The position numbers were made by a program, and so were the translations under genes. Source: a virus (taxonomy: Duplodnaviria > Caudoviricetes). From it: DNA of 64,000 bases. The notes below the pieces were generated by a model that saw only the letters and a list, made by a program, of their open reading frames with translations, searched no databases and was not told the origin of the DNA. Below are positions 43,001-46,955 of this stretch, piece after piece. Positions within the stretch are counted from its first letter, which is position 1; each line of letters starts with the position of its first letter. Location: the IMG/VR virus record IMGVR_UViG_3300028833_000073, positions 32,001 through 96,000 of that record; one strand, given 5' to 3'.

Positions 43001-43314
43001 ATGGCATCTTCAGATGACTTGATTCTATTATGGTTATAGAATGTACCATGAGCTAAGTCATACTTAGCGTTAGATAAAGCAGCTTCTCCTGCTTGATATA
43101 TATTAGATTTAGTAATAGCATTCTTGATTCTATTTATAGTAGCTCTATAGTCTCTTACAGCAACATAAGCACTTTTAAATACTTCCTTGTTATCATCTAC
43201 AAATGAATGATATCCTGGCATCAAGTCTCCTGCAACATCATTAGATGCATAGACAGCAGACTTCATTAAATTCTTAGTATAGTTCTTTACTAGCGGCAAC
43301 GGGTTTACTCCCAT
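22012..43314 (-). CDS. giant (~7,100 aa) tape-measure-like tail protein with C39-like peptidase, glucosaminidase, Amidase_2, phage-tail lysozyme and M23 peptidase domains
   Basis: Long helical region with Gly-rich hydrophobic segments and AxGG/AxGT motifs; C39-like QLDP..ACGP..PHYV..QDP (~30145-29660); glucosaminidase AQLMHETG..NYGG (~29515-29100); amidase IILHHT..GYHF..GH..CPG (~28740-28350); lysozyme MGNFDAES..GYGLHQW (~27610-27120); M23 HGGVD..HLH (~26735-26370); start moved to ATG 43314. Confidence 0.85.
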   Translation of the reverse strand: MGVNPLPLVKNYTKNLMKSAVYASNDVAGDLMPGYHSFVDDNKEVFKSAYVAVRDYRATINRIKNAITKSNIYQAGEAALSNAKYDLAHGTFYNHNRIKSSEDAIMDNMGGGDDFGFDLGGDESSGSTDDIDKMLGLDENGEEDFGISEGDALISKSIKESSKASTAATGNAIIGSADAIMKSNRISANLLYAQGERLMSVTQSGFSTLNETMANQLKFSTEAVNTHFENAKKFFESQDKLGSERNAMLKELLEMYRNEYKLHHKEEEEKDKKKKLRFGDIATSEGMIRFEEYGQNIANNFKTVLDDLGLGMINSMGEAMGMDNPLMMFAQNPLGGIMTMLVSTMIGPKLQETAKNFDNTMSGVFGTFLAKMNMYASQDEMSPMGMIGKLLGVRDTVKSSLDSSAYEKGAIPWDGEAKQALVKVIPEYLAAIENALTGRSHRTYDYERGQFVNTKDLQDQWNARYDRYVDQSFRDIDSIVTKYMSEFKRGNREEELERWENYDRFRKGVFAQPGQFQDLVSAMSKLASVNPKQGDKERAQEIIDEAAMNMGFGGYNGSRDLQDILEAIYQAGQGPGKNKGRIMGLAGEVFSNKTKLDQEIQNLQERGMTPFMNLFDGSYIERIHKKYGTVTTNTESMLNKLDISNIYDSKGYNTFHYLSEILAEIIAIRTYGVGLGKSREEQAIMDKRKRMRRISRGVGTSGPSPGDPASSLPGIEKQIGEVVSKRKEDPKKLFEEEERKRNERYQKQIEEEQKAFKEGKGKIRHKYLFERYGGSADSNELMRIAENEEEYRKKAAEIYLEKWQKEQRKAEQGYEEDKTGVSKWWDEQKKDFIKRNEKTWEDIQKNGFLDTLIKAGTVSEKFGVIKTGLEQLADKPTSMLTKVLEQADEKLYDFFFLEEERVDKNGKPVEGFFGRLKWEMDDVFKRINEGLNEYLFQPLKDKLGVEGPWDAIKKGLNYIGIDIDGIIDNFKDSTKEFFGPIKDRLKEMGIDFFKDAKEALAEERRKVNEATHEGEYHPEGTTTTTETKPKTEQEKITAQLASMDQRIKDAEAKGDMLGAQELKNRKAKYEQMKKGQLVLSDQSKRSGYGDYINQLETMYANEKTIVDSKGRYVQGYTNLKYNPEYKGKGGQRISELRDKINESSRLTRESIERGKAYNITGIEIDTLVDFTSRGYGNLDEENRKMFSELKKNIDSYGSIEDREQMYQRILATGPVLSDKDRKKLSDQITFLRGEIDKLEKERLSATSDEQRTAIDTALATMKTKVQIYTNALNKALPEGIYNDFKKGLYDLIAEKARVDKEEKEKGKGTKTEEKVKSRYIGEQAQNKMLGKLHTWERITNNFEKGNFSFNIDQGLAEFVYENKDIIFDSYRPHIDKFLKDLVKIEDKNTRDDIIKDVRDRFISNDRATLEDLSSVKNLRYAINRHRKKITREFEQGKFTPEESKKKEAIIDNVQVGQSILQGYNQEKLYDEKFKDGITPLEFNRSFGIHEVEGPPFENIIGTATEQQKGFFVDLRDTLSKKLDDVIDAIKGINIETEGITGFGMAEGGTVPKTGIYALSKGEIVIPRSFDPKEQAKDAKGEQAFIDRISNSIANSINPKNIKGYAKGTGVYGDAKKRRIGDKEVEVMGNVIRILPTMANDKLSEETNKSVDELAAQVESVTGKKPKKDTMESKVVFIKDFIKDIRDNTIEANTEAGVEVGDRSISANRKGFDPIIDDLHKLGSKIRGKATKEFFTDNTITRTTLDGVNNIKSGFIDAFSTILFGDGTNKEVNKYIDETKKTIIDATPDVAAHSVVGLVGGTLLGGPLLGAIAGASIGIIKNNEFFMKELFGEKNAEGERQGGFFDKQTIEAIEHYGPSMKTMGLIGTIAGLVTPFGPLGGLMIGSGLGFLRKNEDFQTMLYGEKNKDGQRIGGIIDKDTRDFFKKAAPNMAASAIAGMFLGPFGLVGNVMMGGAVGMLGSTEAFQTHMFGPMGKDGKRHGGIVGALREGIVEPWLEFGKKVKDDLFEWVKKDVFGPLKGAFTPIAKQIQLGVVGMFSGVGKAIGRLFEVITGKPLAKTLQDYLFKPFTAISQKLISTALKPAKFILSAPSKMIGAVGDALRRRQIMMGNADYMSAAERVQFAQDKGMNIEDNQYLQLDQNLATANKGNLNDIKKILTLYRDGDEGLKRDQGQAMRNLWATVDDRIKSGDWHWFGTKGLTGEFDRDKIARLFRERKDKEAIAMVNKVLDNAQAAGQQVSTDKRKEIIKTFQDVALDLAKSEDIRNNFANEKGKMVETIKEMTGYDITEGDNLNKMIKNVEKEISVREKVEEERKEGKISEGEDAIRGSIVDQTNTLVEALNEIKTTLEITVGGGRTPEQLADLYKRRMIFKDEMDKIDRQHKTNSASILGRLESVFGDNLDISEESLQHLDTKQGMNDLEKILQMGSKGFKVDNLNDLVLWASNEALKKDDKNLFSKQYKLFTEAGYQTKDLKGLGQLSADQVQNLVNAASQGLKLTDLNEFKNVKLKDAEAMKKIMDISGLNEKYLDAKHMQRLIDDGTYGQMLMNPEYFRIDPNKLESEIARQETMEKNREGGGELDGKIKTRRMDHTYNFIMNRMATTGEGLNDIGRTGVKWIRRNVPDPRVGRPEQRRYISGDILDKLDKLGHDWMDRYRNGELSEEEVETAYNKLEEMEKAKNEGEIPTHAYGTGVINKDHLAVLSKGEKVVNINDYLKNMPRYAEGTVGNLALQPEPEVAPPANNVNEPGTRTTSTGTKLRGIEGGNKAAQTTSQEGKDRDSQKKKNEKDSDRTKINEQLAEQRTYIAKMLDSIKDNKDKIRGMLNKGKDKFKEVMSEYGIGKYVPGQGGTNIPANKETKRIEGKVEEKHDSIVNTGYYSEEIYKLLKNRLDVKKAGPEQKKKNDWFDKLMGLLGGLAAWFMKGGLLALLKKVIPKIPKIPNMLKNFASQLARLFPRIPIIGPFFTKLYDKISKVGAGITKAIRDFWDGFRGKGARVAEGAAATAKAGSRAALAYGSTKQGQDKIVRAGEWVDSKLAGWRMNRAINANGIERTDGSLNKRLASIMSEDERSFMKGLDKYKIKDTVQGLNPAEVKEIAQKLGVSTQDVLARQYEILTGSTRMDKGFDALTAEGNIKATMLAEGNKATANSKLTEILEQRLGPQLSILQEEQKLGTLRNVAKDEKAMRQILDVMEQNHGALGANQTEIAKNAAIKAELINKYPMLEGRFIQAERAYSRSIIGRGAIKVSEGVGKATEAIKTQAATAKGMVQSGLHQYRDDSKLLNTIFGKTERTALSEAELAERARVLRESGKYSEAEIEQTLKKLRYQDMGIRGKISSKLSDAASAAKTSTKNFLFGGHTYGLSPQEMNNQVLRLMQDGYTQKEAMEEVRKLSLERSRTSLGIMRDTLTQDYQRAKNFGTRIVESDAVKAASNMARSAGETVGGVAKGVGNAAGKVVNFYTAPTRALLNVGDYALQGVSKVGEAAAFGKQLLNTVDDDLATKFGKGYKVASFVPKTMAQMPLEALRGFGNTAELIRGGISGNMAKLGDMALDAGSKGSFVQGKVLEEGASIYKKAGFKVAQGTEGAFNKIFNFIMTPLQKIASLAAEVLGHIPGLKTSSLNSGFQKLAEGLAKAIEKKGGARLFASIGRKLIPYVGQALMAYDFAEAFYDGMTNPGLVLGINDQSTITETETVLAAITNAIVKTCTLGILDGRDVIDLVMDTIGPVIGYTGAGLKEKRDAAKIELDRFNMEHGTNLTQKEFMDLNGQLNKKTVMDNVMNAGKFVAGKAVDFIKQLPDIILDNIRNLAEGAFNIAEDIKGVKNYWDTLYNRAQAIAFNDAGPEEIARWNQQIQIDPNERFAGIKMMMKDFATNHFFLMSTGGFVVSKVLDVTRSVFGGIGDAFGNLAGTFTRVKDRVIAGDPLGVITAGYDAYNAGGYQGFGGAIGSLVGTLMSGFAVSPAALVWVGRSAFDAVNEVLESVNRINPEDGFAEISQLAQEGHPIDLIGVANPFDEDDSFGGRVAGIGFSIYKGVNFVRATFNAIAKAGFSAIEWMGNIGGNKFDPKFYEEYEFKEVWDNTYLDHREIVFDASKPMTVFGAFADLMYKYFKLPGKIFGYIASKVFDGNSSILDTLGGLKNKVSNFFKWWDETDQKSKIESTDAGDVKKKIEDYKKTPEERIAEAKKAHEQLEALKAANAAQAERDKKKRELDKLYNELPPDEQQKFRKQVDSTYRTDEDLAKINASKEEVKQNAIKEIKESENLSDYDKAYLINRVNSGKILSQKVNQIIRGEINVELKDVAQNEQLTDYVPEDGTGSGKEKDPKIRNSYRVDPNRTYTFENGRPETDRFIRAKYGKGSDLEGYNGPEFNKIDEENDSLTVINAKKEVQNRYMAANIGANYSQLDPSIKDIQFNKDSDTEKMTIGERACGPMAMASAITGATGQRVDPLSMVKSVKDEELETDGGTKFNYFKRMASDAGLSADQTSNKSDILDNLKHGKPTILMGTDDRTSQSTPFGPNPHYVTATGVTKSGDIVVQDPEERRSNVLYNANQVLNKSSVGFNITSEGKQQIETNAERSRRLTEMRRAAFLGKGSSKVKYGMGTPATDSDPPFAQIAVDITKLVGSEHPELFWAQLMHETGGPNKYLSDMESIVIPKIGADDHNYGGFTWYEGMGEDHKGVPRPEGGYYARFNSDEEYAQRAFNNVYKRYQSDIANADNPEDFARILKENGYYAGDQANYASGLSAHLRDYKDDLPKLKGYKPGTKQSTDIADVKTGSDKTSTSTSSGGGGIMDQFGGGVVGKMLASAFGPLAIIHANLFGGNIGGGNPSDAKPVTPAGDVKPGGGSGLANVVHKEYKWASGLENRKETKQIILHHTGAGNSAKDDRDVGADEIHKWHLGNGWAGIGYHFVIRKNGTIEEGRPIDTVGSHCQGHNSDSIGIHLSGTFVEDVKPTAEQLKSLYQLIKDVATKYGFDVSRKTVKGHKEYNNTDCPGPGIFNQIDDIVNKAKACTPSAGLKDNVPGTKDPMSMKQPGTKDPMSMKGKGSGKSKFGKGSNIEGYNGPDYNKIDEDNDSPAVKEAKRQSQLKWIKNQNQTGNTMQDLGSYNGPDYNRLDPTKDTITAQKAKIEAQKKWYEQQPKEYKTMNSIQTDIGTTLASIKPEKRSMADKEIARHINIKEIATVKDRLLQQSRGVKTEVDDEQLQKMPVNVRELFDRKHRFDEVLEKAKSKYGKGSGDAITSMDPGELWKYIRSKGWSENATAALMGNFDAESSLDPGAWEGNEKHYDTLEAVEEAGFPGGKDKGYGLHQWSAGAGDSRRDRLKEYAGQVGGSTGSYQTQIDYLGNEFLHHEKDITLGKSSVQALLDQLDGPDVKSATEVFMKRVERPNENPEVNHLYTRRIPKAEEYYSKYSTGDKTPTKIVDSAGPGAAVAIGSGDATSISADLGDMGSLFGGGLIGQTLAKFWTTDPYAKDLLIKAKALGLLTVPKPNAGNTNSNGSQTAASAGAEAAQGPNAGAPVGDNPVDALLKYHNFTKDEGITSDYGPRTLNGAEDFHGGVDLAYGSGDPIYTPVNGVVDDTCTEGYGAGYGHFVIIKDAKGNYHMFAHNAAPTVKPGQTVKAGDQVATADNTGHSFGDHLHYGIHPDAGCTKKSGMNPWEYSLSGTGSGKTKYGMASDPWKNVQFDPNGDIKGYNGPDKYRCKPTDSDEIILQKLEKQRRWKKRRSGIFGWLDDFWIKVRDAIAYPFKQTTPQKLMEPIADKVEYDEWKENDFIKDIRSRDTSLLGITQAKIDTFQGGEYYNDSSKASNVVREYIKGVGTLEDVAKAVGFNREPDPSMPLNQAAQQALGYREYSPVRTWQHFLVDSYMWKRGGMLPVDRWMTGGVDPFAETKIDKPDVVVPKKDDIAPKMPNTPIEVTKPVEMPKPNIPTEVVKPVEMPKPDVPKIDVDRIPRTPGTFPENKPKPAVPKIDIDRIPRTPGTFPENKPKAIFTPDQLNEMRRKVFIPNLGLGSRYGMGAVTTIAKYVATKLGGKGAEKYAGWNLYDILVDLGFSEDFASFCAGAMDVADLISNPFVFILEACAKYAYENPDGNPMANMQYMGIGSGKIKYGKGIKKDGLKWLGKTVLGNEAYEKASNYITENFPALANILDFAGYFDIISLAQLPFERAKALNDRIASGEITPQQALEEAQALQGEGSGKTKYGKGSKGVNVNIHNLSDWSASGIGKISADITKAGMKAIRQSRTGHKEGRMFVAYPETNDPSAYIDQINQIIASVGANADIEKVSIRSSDGTMTYSVPYDKFMALPKSQESFDEWYRNKSGFNPNMGDKPITPEAKPQQGKPSPQQEMLQERAKQVQERAKIKEDKKPIEKPQDIQEKPIPKPETPSIEKPKEEDRRSLQERLMQKRGKQVQERVKVVEEEKKKIEEPKPKMIETAHDTFKDVHVPTRDEKIRTNPFKEESNKVDWKANAFIKDNASRDTSLLGITQAKAEKFKGGEYYNDASKVSSTSRLYIKGAATLDEVAKAVGFSGIPSDSTKLNQSVQQALGYREYSPVRTWAHFVVDAELWKKGGMLPVDRWLTGGVDPFEELKKPIEKAQDIPEKPIPKPEPAKSKVEESTKKEEIHVPTRDEKIRTNPFKEETKKVDWKANAFIEDSMKRDTKVGDITQAKIDTFKGGEYFNDASKASPTARLYIKGAATLDEVAKAVGFNGIPTDDTVLNQATQQALGYREFGLNRTWAHFVVDAELWKKGGMLPVDRWTTGGVDPFEEDKTKENVKQPNNKIEGEVEDAVKLKEKGLAPEVAPNGKHYEEKEILALMDKGETRESAIATLSKMDKYCKKEDKKNKNPIDAFNALLKKIQDEVNNLFKNFGVESGIVKNENELDELGNIKAYKGPKEALITKDDNDEVKKKKLETQKKWIEENKKESKPTIDTNKLPDYTVGGGFSGDLKKNKQVNQLEQLENLKKEQPEKKDNIPTIIRQQEEDRAKVKDIEKEDTLEDIKKQTEETITQMDTVNQTQLKNAKDNIDSPPTGAVSQEEAVSLLREGVNYLKIIANALTGGNLNNTVNNTVNVRGGNNISMITNNKSARDRGDETANIDALQAMAAALFNVASR
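23052..26055 (-). repeat. three copies of a ~120-aa repeat inside the giant protein
   Basis: WKxNxFI..D...RDT...ITQAK...GGEY...QQALGYRE...GGMLPVDRW.TGGVDPF at about 26055-25690, 23960-23595 and 23420-23052. Confidence 0.9.
25390..25530. repeat. 72-bp tandem duplication (PKID.DRIPRTPGTFPENKPK x2)
   Basis: Near-identical tttaggcttattctctgggaatgttccaggagttctaggaattctatcaa twice. Confidence 0.9.
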
Positions 43315-43341
43315 GGTGTATTCACCTCTTTCTATTTGCCT

Positions 43342-43353
43342 TAATAAGGAGTT
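43342..43353 (-). promoter_or_regulatory. late promoter variant AACT-N6-TA for the giant tail gene
   Basis: AACTccttatTA on the minus strand, 28 nt upstream of ATG 43314. Confidence 0.6.
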
Positions 43354-43395
43354 TGAGAGGATAAATTGGATGTGGTTTCCCACATCCTTCTAGTA

Positions 43396-43920
43396 TTAGT
43401 TATTATTAGTCCAAGCTAAGATTGCATTTTTATCTTCAAGAGCTTCCTCAAAAGTTTTAATGATATCTGTCTTATCTACTTCATATTTCTCTGCTAGTAG
43501 ATCAAAGCTACTACCAATAATTTCTTCTCTAGATACATTTCTAAATGTAATCCAAGAAGACTGTAATGCATGAGCTAAATAATCTTTAAAATGATCACTA
43601 TTGATTTCATATAACCCATTTATACTATCTATATCCATATGCTTACCAGTAATAGTAGGAATTAACTGAGATGAATTACTTCTTATCTTCTCATTAGTAG
43701 CTATATATGGTCTCATAAAATCATTGATTTGTTCTAGAGTGGTACCTCCCCCGATATCAATAATATCATCGCTCCAATCAGACCTAATACTATCAAAGTC
43801 TTTAGCATTAATAATAAAAGCAGATGATCTGTGTATGCTATCAATTCTCTTAATAATGCAAATATATTTGGGGGCATTCTTTAAAACCTCTTTTACTTTG
43901 ATTTCTAGTTCATTGTTCAT
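43396..43920 (-). CDS. hypothetical protein
   Basis: AGGAGG RBS; 174 aa. Confidence 0.7.
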   Translation of the reverse strand: MNNELEIKVKEVLKNAPKYICIIKRIDSIHRSSAFIINAKDFDSIRSDWSDDIIDIGGGTTLEQINDFMRPYIATNEKIRSNSSQLIPTITGKHMDIDSINGLYEINSDHFKDYLAHALQSSWITFRNVSREEIIGSSFDLLAEKYEVDKTDIIKTFEEALEDKNAILAWTNNN

Positions 43921-43992
43921 TTCTTATACCTCCTTATAGAGGGGTTAAAAGAGAGAGCCGAAGCTCTCTCTTTGGCTTCTTTACTAAGGAGT

Positions 43993-44529
43993 TTACCTCT
44001 TCTTGGGAATCCAAGGAGGACAAGGAGAGGAGGCTTTGATACCAGAGTATCCATCAACCCATACTTCTCCAGCTCCCATAATATTACTACCATCGTCATT
44101 TTGACCAATCTTAGTCGGATAACGACGCATACCAGGCTCATAGTCCTTACGGATGAAGGAGACATTTGCATCTTCACGACCACCAAGACGGAACTTACGT
44201 CCAGTGGAAGTATATGCATACAAGAACTCCTTAGTCATATCGACCATAGTAGCTGCATGAGCTTTCTTGAACTCATACTTATCTACTAGAGCCTCTGCCT
44301 CTTCAGCATTCATCTTCGTAGTACCAGCTACGACATCAGATACCATACCACGGAATTCACGGCCAGGTGCAAAAGTACCAGTGATTCCATTACGGCTATA
44401 GATATCTACCTCATAGTCACGATCATTCATCATAGCTTGCATTACAGCTACTTCATCACGAACAGATGCAGAGTGCTGCTTCACATTTGCCTTGATGTCA
44501 TTGATTGTGTCTTTCAAATTCTGACTCAT
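43993..44529 (-). CDS. putative HU/IHF-like DNA-binding protein with N-terminal extension
   Basis: KKAHAATMVDMTKEFLYAYTSTGRKFRLGG...SF..K..EPGMRRYP aligns by eye with HU helix2/beta arm; codon bias suggests high expression. Confidence 0.45.
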   Translation of the reverse strand: MSQNLKDTINDIKANVKQHSASVRDEVAVMQAMMNDRDYEVDIYSRNGITGTFAPGREFRGMVSDVVAGTTKMNAEEAEALVDKYEFKKAHAATMVDMTKEFLYAYTSTGRKFRLGGREDANVSFIRKDYEPGMRRYPTKIGQNDDGSNIMGAGEVWVDGYSGIKASSPCPPWIPKKR

Positions 44530-44568
44530 TCTGATCATCCTTTCAAAATAGTTAAATCATGACGATTT

Positions 44569-44739
44569 TTATATAGATATTGGATTACGTATAGAATCTG
44601 ATCTAAGGTAATCCATATCAATATACCATGGGACATTATAACACTTAGGTTCCTTCTTCTTACCATGAACCTTTATGTATTCATTAAGTTCATCATGTGT
44701 CATTTCTGATAACTTCTTAATGAAATCTTCTCTATCCAT
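44569..44739 (-). CDS. small hypothetical protein (56 aa), not in the ORF track
   Basis: GAAAGGA RBS; MDREDFIKKLSEMTHDELNEYIKVHGKKKEPK... Confidence 0.65.
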   Translation of the reverse strand: MDREDFIKKLSEMTHDELNEYIKVHGKKKEPKCYNVPWYIDMDYLRSDSIRNPISI

Positions 44740-44826
44740 ATCAAATCAATCCTTTCAGAAGGATCTATTTCTAATCTTATGTATATGGCTGTATAAAAAT
44801 ATATCTAACCAAACCAAAAAATAGGC

Positions 44827-44842
44827 ATATATTATAGTTGTG
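44827..44842 (+). promoter_or_regulatory. early promoter
   Basis: ATATATTATagttgtG followed by ccgtatag leader. Confidence 0.7.
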
Positions 44843-44883
44843 CCGTATAGATAGTAATGTGTTTTAAGAAAGGAAGATTTATA

Positions 44884-45150
44884 ATGGATGCAGAAGAATT
44901 GAAAAGGAATATTGATAAGGCTGTTGTTGATGTAGGTATTGTTGCTATGATACAAGTCGGAATCAAAGAAGCCAATACCTATATTGATGGTGTTCTTAAT
45001 GTTATTAACTCCGCTGGTGCTGATTCTAATATTGACGTTATTAATGATCACTATCGTGACCTTCTTGAAATCTCTAATAAGCTCAAGATTATTAATAGGG
45101 AAATCACTTTGAAGTACGACATAAAGCTTGGAGAGGATGAGAAAGAATGA
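44884..45150 (+). CDS. early hypothetical protein
   Basis: Start moved to ATG 44884 after GAAAGGA. Confidence 0.7.
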   Translation: MDAEELKRNIDKAVVDVGIVAMIQVGIKEANTYIDGVLNVINSAGADSNIDVINDHYRDLLEISNKLKIINREITLKYDIKLGEDEKE

Positions 45151-45605
45151 CACCATATCATATCACTCAGGTTGAAGCTAGGTTCGATAAAGAAACAGAA
45201 CAGTTCTATATCAAGAATATAAAGAATTTAGGTGATATAGACTTAGATGGTGAAAGTATGAAAGATTTCGCTATCTATCTTGATAAGCACAAAGACGAGA
45301 TGATCGAATTAATACCAGAGATTTATGAAAAGAAGTTCTATGAAGTAAATCCAATATTCGATGATTATGGTTCGACTACTAACTTCGTATCAGTTTTGTT
45401 GGAGTCATATACACATAATGAAACAACCAGTAAGATGAACATTGTGTTTGGACGGATTATTATTGTCTCTAAGGATTTTCCTAATCTTGACAATAATACT
45501 ATCATTCAATACTTGTCTCTTAGATCACTTAATTCAGTATATATTACTCTTAATAACAAAATAAAGCTTTTCAATGAGATGGAATATGATTTAGGCATGT
45601 ATTGA
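45147..45605 (+). CDS. early hypothetical protein
   Basis: ATGA overlap with the previous gene. Confidence 0.7.
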   Translation: MTPYHITQVEARFDKETEQFYIKNIKNLGDIDLDGESMKDFAIYLDKHKDEMIELIPEIYEKKFYEVNPIFDDYGSTTNFVSVLLESYTHNETTSKMNIVFGRIIIVSKDFPNLDNNTIIQYLSLRSLNSVYITLNNKIKLFNEMEYDLGMY

Positions 45606-45628
45606 TTACTATGGAAGGATGAGCAATA

Positions 45629-45886
45629 ATGGCTAAATTAACAGATGAGGGTGCAGACAAATTAGCCAATGCAATCTATATGTTGTGTGATAAGATAGAT
45701 GACTTAACAGATGATACCCTTATTAATCTTGCTGATTCGCTTGATACTTTTTCAAGAGTACTTGAACACCACAATACTATACTCTCTGAAGGAGAATATA
45801 ATAATGAGTCTTTTTGTAAGACACTTAGTGACTTAAGTTCAAACATTGCCAATCTTACTTCTGAATTAAAAGGGATACCAAGATAA
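45629..45886 (+). CDS. early acidic hypothetical protein
   Basis: RBS present; followed by terminator at 45907-45929. Confidence 0.7.
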   Translation: MAKLTDEGADKLANAIYMLCDKIDDLTDDTLINLADSLDTFSRVLEHHNTILSEGEYNNESFCKTLSDLSSNIANLTSELKGIPR

Positions 45887-45959
45887 CTAAACTGGGCTAT
45901 ATATGATAGAGTACTTTTATGGTACTCTACTCTTTTATCTAAAGAAAGGATGAGTAATA

Positions 45960-46475
45960 ATGAATGAGTTTACGTATAATGTAATTAACTTTAATATCAA
46001 CAGTAGGCCAAGTTGTTATAACATTGGTTGCAATATTATTGGTTGTAACAAAGTTACTGATGACTATATTGTACACAATATCATTAATTATCCACGTATT
46101 GATTGTGAAAGTGATATTGTTTCCATTCTTAATAGGTTTAAGAACACAATCACAAGTACTTTGCAAGAACATATTCATTGGAGGTATAATGAAGAAGCTG
46201 AAAAAGTATACGATAAAACAGAAATAAAGGTTATTGAACTTAATGAAATAACTGGAAAGAGTGTGTTTATCTACTTGCCTCCGACTGAAGATGATGAAAA
46301 CAAAGTGGCGCTTATGATAAAGATAACTAGCACTGGCACTATCTATAGCATGGAAGAACTCAGCCTTGTTCTGCATATGTTAGATACAAAGCTTGTTAGG
46401 TATACACCGATTAGATTTAAATCAGATGGTACTATCTACTTCGATGGAATGATCGAAAATGAGAATGATAACTAA
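45960..46475 (+). CDS. hypothetical protein
   Basis: GAAAGGA RBS; followed by GAGTACC terminator. Confidence 0.7.
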   Translation: MNEFTYNVINFNINSRPSCYNIGCNIIGCNKVTDDYIVHNIINYPRIDCESDIVSILNRFKNTITSTLQEHIHWRYNEEAEKVYDKTEIKVIELNEITGKSVFIYLPPTEDDENKVALMIKITSTGTIYSMEELSLVLHMLDTKLVRYTPIRFKSDGTIYFDGMIENENDN

Positions 46476-46594
46476 ATAATATCCATGTGACGGAGGCTAA
46501 CGATACTGGGCTATATAAGAGAGAGTACCTATATGGTACTCTTTTCTTTTTCTATGGTACTAAATGAAAAGTGTAAATTGTTAAAATCTCAAAG

Positions 46595-46610
46595 ATATAT
46601 TATAATTGTG
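46595..46610 (+). promoter_or_regulatory. early promoter
   Basis: ATATATTATaattgtG followed by ccgtatag leader. Confidence 0.7.
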
Positions 46611-46647
46611 CCGTATAGATAAGTGTCTGAGAAAGGATGTATTTGCT

Positions 46648-46839
46648 ATGAAGGATGCAAGAACAGAAACTTTAAAATTGGTTCTCGGAGAAACCGAAAG
46701 GATATTAAAAAGAGAACTGAATTGGAGAAGAAAGATCTTCCAGGAACTGGTAAAAAGCAACGAAAGAATAAATTCGGCAATTCATGATATCGAGTATTTG
46801 AAGTCTGTAGTTACTCGCATCGAAAACGATGAGGAGTAA
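46648..46839 (+). CDS. early small coiled-coil protein
   Basis: Start moved to ATG 46648 after GAAAGGA. Confidence 0.65.
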   Translation: MKDARTETLKLVLGETERILKRELNWRRKIFQELVKSNERINSAIHDIEYLKSVVTRIENDEE

Positions 46840-46918
46840 TTAATATCCATGTCGGAGATAAAAAGAATGAGGGTACCTATATGGTACTCTTTTCTTTTTT
46901 GTAAATTTAGGTACCTTG

Positions 46919-46930
46919 AACTCCTATATA
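46919..46930 (+). promoter_or_regulatory. late promoter variant AACT-N6-TA for the RNAP gene
   Basis: AACTcctataTA followed by AAGGAGG and ATG 46956. Confidence 0.6.
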
Positions 46931-46955
46931 AATGCCTAATAAGGAGGTTTGAATA

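Noticed and set aside
22679-43039. Many 60-265-aa ORFs nested in or antisense to the giant gene
   Set aside because: Ser/Leu/Phe-rich shadows caused by the host gene's codon bias
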